Shown one piece after another: positions 34,021 to 37,872 of a DNA stretch of 37,872 nucleotides. A program made the translations under genes and the position numbers. The notes under the pieces are model-generated. The model was not told where the DNA came from, searched no databases, and worked only from the letters and a program-made list of their open reading frames with translations. The stretch comes from a bacterium (lineage in GTDB: Bacteria > Zixibacteria > MSB-5A5 > GN15 > FEB-12). Every line of letters starts with the position of its first letter. Positions within the stretch are counted from its first letter, which is position 1. The stretch is from contig JBDRQG010000045.1 in NCBI GenBank assembly GCA_043826475.1, positions 1-37,872 of the forward strand, in the 5' to 3' direction.

Positions 34021-34527
34021 TTAAAAAACCTCAAGGTTCATTTCCAGATTTAGAAGTTTCTTTTTTAAATCTAACCCGCCACCATAGCCGCCCAATCCAT
34101 TTGATGCCACCACCCGGTGGCAAGGAATGATTATCGGGATTTTGTTTTGAGCATTTGCTGTTCCCACCGCTCTGAAGGCTTTTGGATTATTTATTGATTT
34201 TGCAATATCACCGTATGTTTTTGTTTTTCCATATGGTATACGGGCAACCTCGTTGAGTACTTTTATTTGAAATGTGGTAGCCTGCAGGTCAAGGCTGACA
34301 TCGAATTTTTTAAGTTTCCCGGACAAATAGGCTTTGATTTCCTTTTCAGCCTGCTTGTTTATTTTACCCCCTTCACCGATTTCATAATCAGGATATAACT
34401 CTTTAATTTTCTTGTCAAAATAACTTTTGGTTTCACCGGGAAGCGTCAGTAGGGCCAATCCTTTTTCTGTAGAGGCAGTATTAATTTTACCTATATTTGT
34501 ATCAAATGAGTGAATATAGATTTTCAT
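34021..34527 (-). CDS. ogt: Methylated-DNA--protein-cysteine methyltransferase
   Basis: Active-site motif IPCHRVV. Preceding helix-turn-helix region YGKTKTYGDIAKSI..PKAFRAVGTANAQN. Confidence 0.9.
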   Translation of the reverse strand: MKIYIHSFDTNIGKINTASTEKGLALLTLPGETKSYFDKKIKELYPDYEIGEGGKINKQAEKEIKAYLSGKLKKFDVSLDLQATTFQIKVLNEVARIPYGKTKTYGDIAKSINNPKAFRAVGTANAQNKIPIIIPCHRVVASNGLGGYGGGLDLKKKLLNLEMNLEVF

Positions 34528-34538
34528 AGTTGTCCCCT

Positions 34539-35186
34539 CTATTTAATTCCTCTCAGTAATTCTGGCAATCTGGAAATGGCATCCAGATAATAATCAGGTT
34601 TGGCCTTTTTCAAATCATCGTTTTCACTGTATGGAGATTTTACCGCAATGACTCTCATCGGAACAGCTTTTGCAGCCAGGACATCATTGATAGTATCCCC
34701 GACAACTATGGTTTCGCCAGCCTCGGCATGCATGCGATCCAACGTCATTATAAAAATCGATGGATCCGGTTTAACCTTTTCAACTTCATTGCCGCCGGAA
34801 TATGTTTTAAAAATATTCTCCCAGTCGAATTTTCTAATTATTCCTTCGATATGAGGCCGTATTTTTGTAGATGCAATTGCTAAATTAAATCCCTGATTTA
34901 CTAACTGGTCTATTGTTTCAGTGACACCTGGTAATACCACAGTCGATGAAACAACTGTCTCAGCCGCTTTAACCTGAAAGTGTTTGTATAATTCTTTGAG
35001 GGGAACATCGGTAAAATGAGGATACATCGTACTGAGAGGAAAACCGATAAAGGATTTAATTGTTTCCGGCGGCTGGGGTGGTTCTCCCATCTTAATCAGC
35101 GAATAATTGACAGCCTCCACAACCCCTTCAGAAGAATCAATCAGGGTTCCATCCAGATCAAAAATTATATTTGCCGGTCGGCTCAA
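34539..35186 (-). CDS. HAD-superfamily hydrolase (phosphoglycolate phosphatase-like)
   Basis: Motif I IIFDLDGTLIDS, motif II IASTK, motif III/IV KP...VVGDTINDVLAAKA. A 4-nt overlap with the upstream gene suggests translational coupling. Confidence 0.8.
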   Translation of the reverse strand: MSRPANIIFDLDGTLIDSSEGVVEAVNYSLIKMGEPPQPPETIKSFIGFPLSTMYPHFTDVPLKELYKHFQVKAAETVVSSTVVLPGVTETIDQLVNQGFNLAIASTKIRPHIEGIIRKFDWENIFKTYSGGNEVEKVKPDPSIFIMTLDRMHAEAGETIVVGDTINDVLAAKAVPMRVIAVKSPYSENDDLKKAKPDYYLDAISRLPELLRGIK

Positions 35187-35971
35187 AACAGCTTCTCCAC
35201 TTTTCCAACTAATTGGATTAAAGGAACATCATAAGTTTTATCAATTTTCCCCAGATTAATAGTCACAACCATAACTGAAAAAGATTCCACCGAAAATAAG
35301 GGAATGTCGCCATAAAGGTTTAATGCATCCGGCAAAAAGAGGGGACTGTTATTGACCACCAGAACTCCTTCCAGCATCTCCACTTCTTCCCCAGGCAAAC
35401 CAAGGACAAAACCGCAAACTTCCTTTTGATCTTCTGTTATAAATTTAACTATTTCAAAACGATCAGGAAGAGAATGCAATACCGGCTGCTCGATAAACCA
35501 TATATCCAGAAAATATTCAAGGCTGCTCGCTTTTAGAATATCATCTTTACTGAAAAATGGTTCGAGGCTGTTATCCTTCTGTACAAATACCTCAGGACAA
35601 TTTCTCAACCCAAAATTGACAGGAGCCAGAGGCCATAATAACTGAAAGATGAAACCAACCATGAAAAAAATAATTAGTTTATTTCGAGTGGACAGTTTCT
35701 TTTTAGTATTTGTATCAATTGATTTATTAAGATCAATAAATGAGAAAAAATAAAACAAGAGAGGTAAACCGTACATCAATAACCTTCCTGCCAATGGAAT
35801 AGAAATAAACAAAGAAACTACGAACAGAACCGAGGCGGTAAGTGTTATAAGAAATATGAAAATACCAAAAAGGTATTCTCTGATGTAAATGTGCCCCAAA
35901 CCGGGAACAAGTAAATGTAGAATAAAAATGAGAAATTTAGAATTAGGGTTTTTGAAGAGTTTTGTTTTCAT
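35183..35971 (-). CDS. Membrane protein with a signal-peptidase-I-like (S26) C-terminal domain, possibly catalytically degenerate
   Basis: Three to four N-terminal TM helices (PGLGHIY motif). The C-terminal region resembles SPase I boxes: NSLEPFF (box B-like), RFEIVKF, and VCGFVLGLPGEEVEM (box D-like, but no Lys where KR is expected). No GDNR box. Confidence 0.4.
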   Translation of the reverse strand: MKTKLFKNPNSKFLIFILHLLVPGLGHIYIREYLFGIFIFLITLTASVLFVVSLFISIPLAGRLLMYGLPLLFYFFSFIDLNKSIDTNTKKKLSTRNKLIIFFMVGFIFQLLWPLAPVNFGLRNCPEVFVQKDNSLEPFFSKDDILKASSLEYFLDIWFIEQPVLHSLPDRFEIVKFITEDQKEVCGFVLGLPGEEVEMLEGVLVVNNSPLFLPDALNLYGDIPLFSVESFSVMVVTINLGKIDKTYDVPLIQLVGKVEKLF

Positions 35972-36247
35972 AGTTATTGTGCAGAAATATTACATTCTTC
36001 CTCAGTCCAGTTTTGGTAATTGCACTCAAGCCGATAATTTATAACAGCTTATGGAAATGAGACAACTACTCATACTAAAACAGCCAGATATATGTGATCT
36101 GACAGCTTCTAATTAAAGGAGTAACTTGTAAAATAACAAGCAGTTAGTTAATAATTACCAGAATAAATGATTTTCATTGGCAACGATAATGTAGTATAAC
36201 CGTATAATGTGCATAAGGATAGATTCACGATCCCTTAATTGCTAAAC

Positions 36248-36275
36248 TTGACAAGAAGCGGTTTGTGAGTAGATT
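36248..36275 (+). promoter_or_regulatory. Candidate sigma70-type promoter of the S41 protease gene
   Basis: TTGACA (36248-36253), a 16-nt spacer, then TAGATT (36270-36275). Confidence 0.3.
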
Positions 36276-36309
36276 GTAAAAAGATAAACATCATGAATTG
36301 GAGGCCTTA

Positions 36310-37872
36310 ATGGTCCGATATAGTGTGCAGTTGGTCAGTCTGACAATTTTTGCTTTGGCTCTAATTTGGTTTGCCGGATCCGGTGAAGCTTTTCAGGGAG
36401 AAGATACACCGAGAATCAATCCAATTCTTTTAGCTGATACTTTCCATATTGATCTTGAAGAAAAAAACGACTCCCCTATCAATGAAGTATCCCCTGAAGA
36501 AAAAAGAGAAACATTTCTCAAGGATGTCAAGAAACTGACCCAAACAGCTTTTGAAATCCGTAATAAATATATGGAAGAGGTCGATACCGATGAAATAATT
36601 AAATCAGGTATTGAAGGGATGCTCTCGCATCTGGACCGTTATTCCAATCTGCTTGAAAAATCATCTTATGAATCTCTGATGGAATCGACTCATGGCAAAT
36701 ACGAAGGACTGGGAATGCAGATTGATTCCCGCGAGGAACGGATAAGAATCATTTCTCCGATTGAAGGAACACCGGCCTACCGCAAAGGCTTACGAGCCGG
36801 AGATATTATATGGGAGATTGAAGGACAATCAACCAAAGGAATGACTGCTTCCGATGCTTCAAAACTGATGCGGGGTAAAGCCGGTACATCGATTACCATG
36901 TCGATCAAACGAGCCGGTTTGGAGAATCCGATTGAATTTGAAATCGAAAGAGCAATAATTGAACTAAAATCAGTAAACTATTATGGTGTTGTTCCGGGAA
37001 CGAATGTCGGCTATGTCCGCCTGTCCCGTTTTGCCGAAGAGACCAGCCATGAATTGCGCGAAGCTATCAGCGCTCTTAATGAACAGAATGTAACAAGCCT
37101 TATTTTTGATCTGCGCAACAATGGCGGTGGTCTTCTGGATCAGGCTATTGAAACTTCAGAGCTCTTTTTAAATCAGGGTAATGAAATTGTTTACACTCGC
37201 GGCAGATTTGAAAACAGCGAACGTCATTATCAATCCCAGCGCCCCCCTCTCTTCCCGGATAAACCGGTGGTTGTACTTGTAGATGAAGGAACCGCTTCGG
37301 CATCGGAAATCGTCTCCGGCGCAATACAGGATTGGGACCGAGGATTAATTGTCGGAAGCACCACTTACGGTAAAGGTCTGGTTCAGCAGGTCTTCCCTAT
37401 TTCTGCTGACGGCGATATGAATCTTAAGCTTACCACCGCAAAATATTATGTTCCCTCGGGCCGCTGCATCCAGAAACCTGAAAAGCAGGGTAAGTACCAT
37501 CCGGAAGATGTTGTTGATACAGAAGAGGATGTTGACACCCTGACAATTGCTGAAGAAAAAGAGATTTTCTATACGAACGGCGGACGGATTGTTTATGGCG
37601 GCGGCGGTATCGTTCCGGATATCGAAATTCCAGCCGAAACATGGAGACCGATTGAGCTAAACCTCTATCGCAATTCGATGTTCTTTAATTTTGCTGTTGA
37701 TTATGTTGCCAAACATCCGGATGTAAAACCTGATCTTGTAATCACCGATGAAATTCTGGATCAATTCAAAGCTTTCTTAAAGGAAAAAGAATTCGATTAT
37801 GTTTCATCATTGGAAGCATCGATAGAGAGTCTTGAAAAGACAATCAACAAAGAAGAAAAATATGATCTCTTT
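36310..37872 (+). CDS. ctpA: Carboxyl-terminal processing (tail-specific) protease, S41 family; 3'-partial, runs off the window
   Basis: I hand-translated 521 codons with no stop from ATG at 36310 (GGAGG lies 5 nt upstream). It is not in the ORF track because it has no stop. Signal/TM MVRYSVQLVSLTIFALALIWFAGSGEA. PDZ region GLGMQID...ISPIEGTPAYRKGLRAGDIIWEIEG. S41 motifs FDLRNNGGG, DEGTASASEIVSGA, TYGKGLVQQ. Confidence 0.85.
   Translation, partial: MVRYSVQLVSLTIFALALIWFAGSGEAFQGEDTPRINPILLADTFHIDLEEKNDSPINEVSPEEKRETFLKDVKKLTQTAFEIRNKYMEEVDTDEIIKSGIEGMLSHLDRYSNLLEKSSYESLMESTHGKYEGLGMQIDSREERIRIISPIEGTPAYRKGLRAGDIIWEIEGQSTKGMTASDASKLMRGKAGTSITMSIKRAGLENPIEFEIERAIIELKSVNYYGVVPGTNVGYVRLSRFAEETSHELREAISALNEQNVTSLIFDLRNNGGGLLDQAIETSELFLNQGNEIVYTRGRFENSERHYQSQRPPLFPDKPVVVLVDEGTASASEIVSGAIQDWDRGLIVGSTTYGKGLVQQVFPISADGDMNLKLTTAKYYVPSGRCIQKPEKQGKYHPEDVVDTEEDVDTLTIAEEKEIFYTNGGRIVYGGGGIVPDIEIPAETWRPIELNLYRNSMFFNFAVDYVAKHPDVKPDLVITDEILDQFKAFLKEKEFDYVSSLEASIESLEKTINKEEKYDLF

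Noticed and set aside
35972-36309. The large spacers (35972-36309, 30090-30421, 17827-18083), examined for tRNA, tmRNA, SRP, RNase P or riboswitch-like features and sigma54 (-24/-12) promoters.
   Set aside because: I found no T-loop (GTTCRANNC) or acceptor-stem pattern, no conserved ncRNA motif and no TGGCAC-N5-TTGC match. A covariance-model scan would be needed to exclude small RNAs.

Overview
This is a 37.9 kb window at about 40% GC from a Shine-Dalgarno-using bacterium. The distinctive C-terminal tails (ADLVY[LM]VNY[LI]FKGG) suggest an uncultivated FCB-type or candidate-phylum lineage, but that is only a guess. I found no rRNA, tRNA, CRISPR, transposase or integrase. Gene order: a secreted papain-like (C1) protease; a Crp/Fnr regulator followed by two Fe-S proteins behind a near-consensus FNR-type box; an orphan lpd with no canonical start codon; a lipoprotein/OMP pair; an XRE-cupin regulator with a spermidine operon (speD, ornithine decarboxylase, speE); three consecutive secreted beta-propeller-type proteins; SprT-like; ahpC; an acyl-CoA ligase-yjbQ-mtnA operon; a type IV pilus block (FimT-like pilin, pilM, pilN, pilO, an AMIN-PilP fusion, an AMIN-less pilQ, and an Ig-like lipoprotein split by one in-frame TAA); a secreted subtilisin-like (S8) protease; an M29 aminopeptidase; ogt; a HAD phosphatase; an S26-like membrane protein; and a partial S41 tail-specific protease. 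The main signal is that five secreted proteins end in the same duplicated dockerin-like tail. The C1 and S8 proteases also share a whole PKD + cohesin-like + dockerin-like cassette. DNA traces of tail exchange remain: a stranded 14-codon tail remnant and a 57-nt near-identical tract between two tails. Other observations are a REP-like hairpin family with AGGG loops, in-frame micro- and minisatellites, and a probable leaderless regulator gene.
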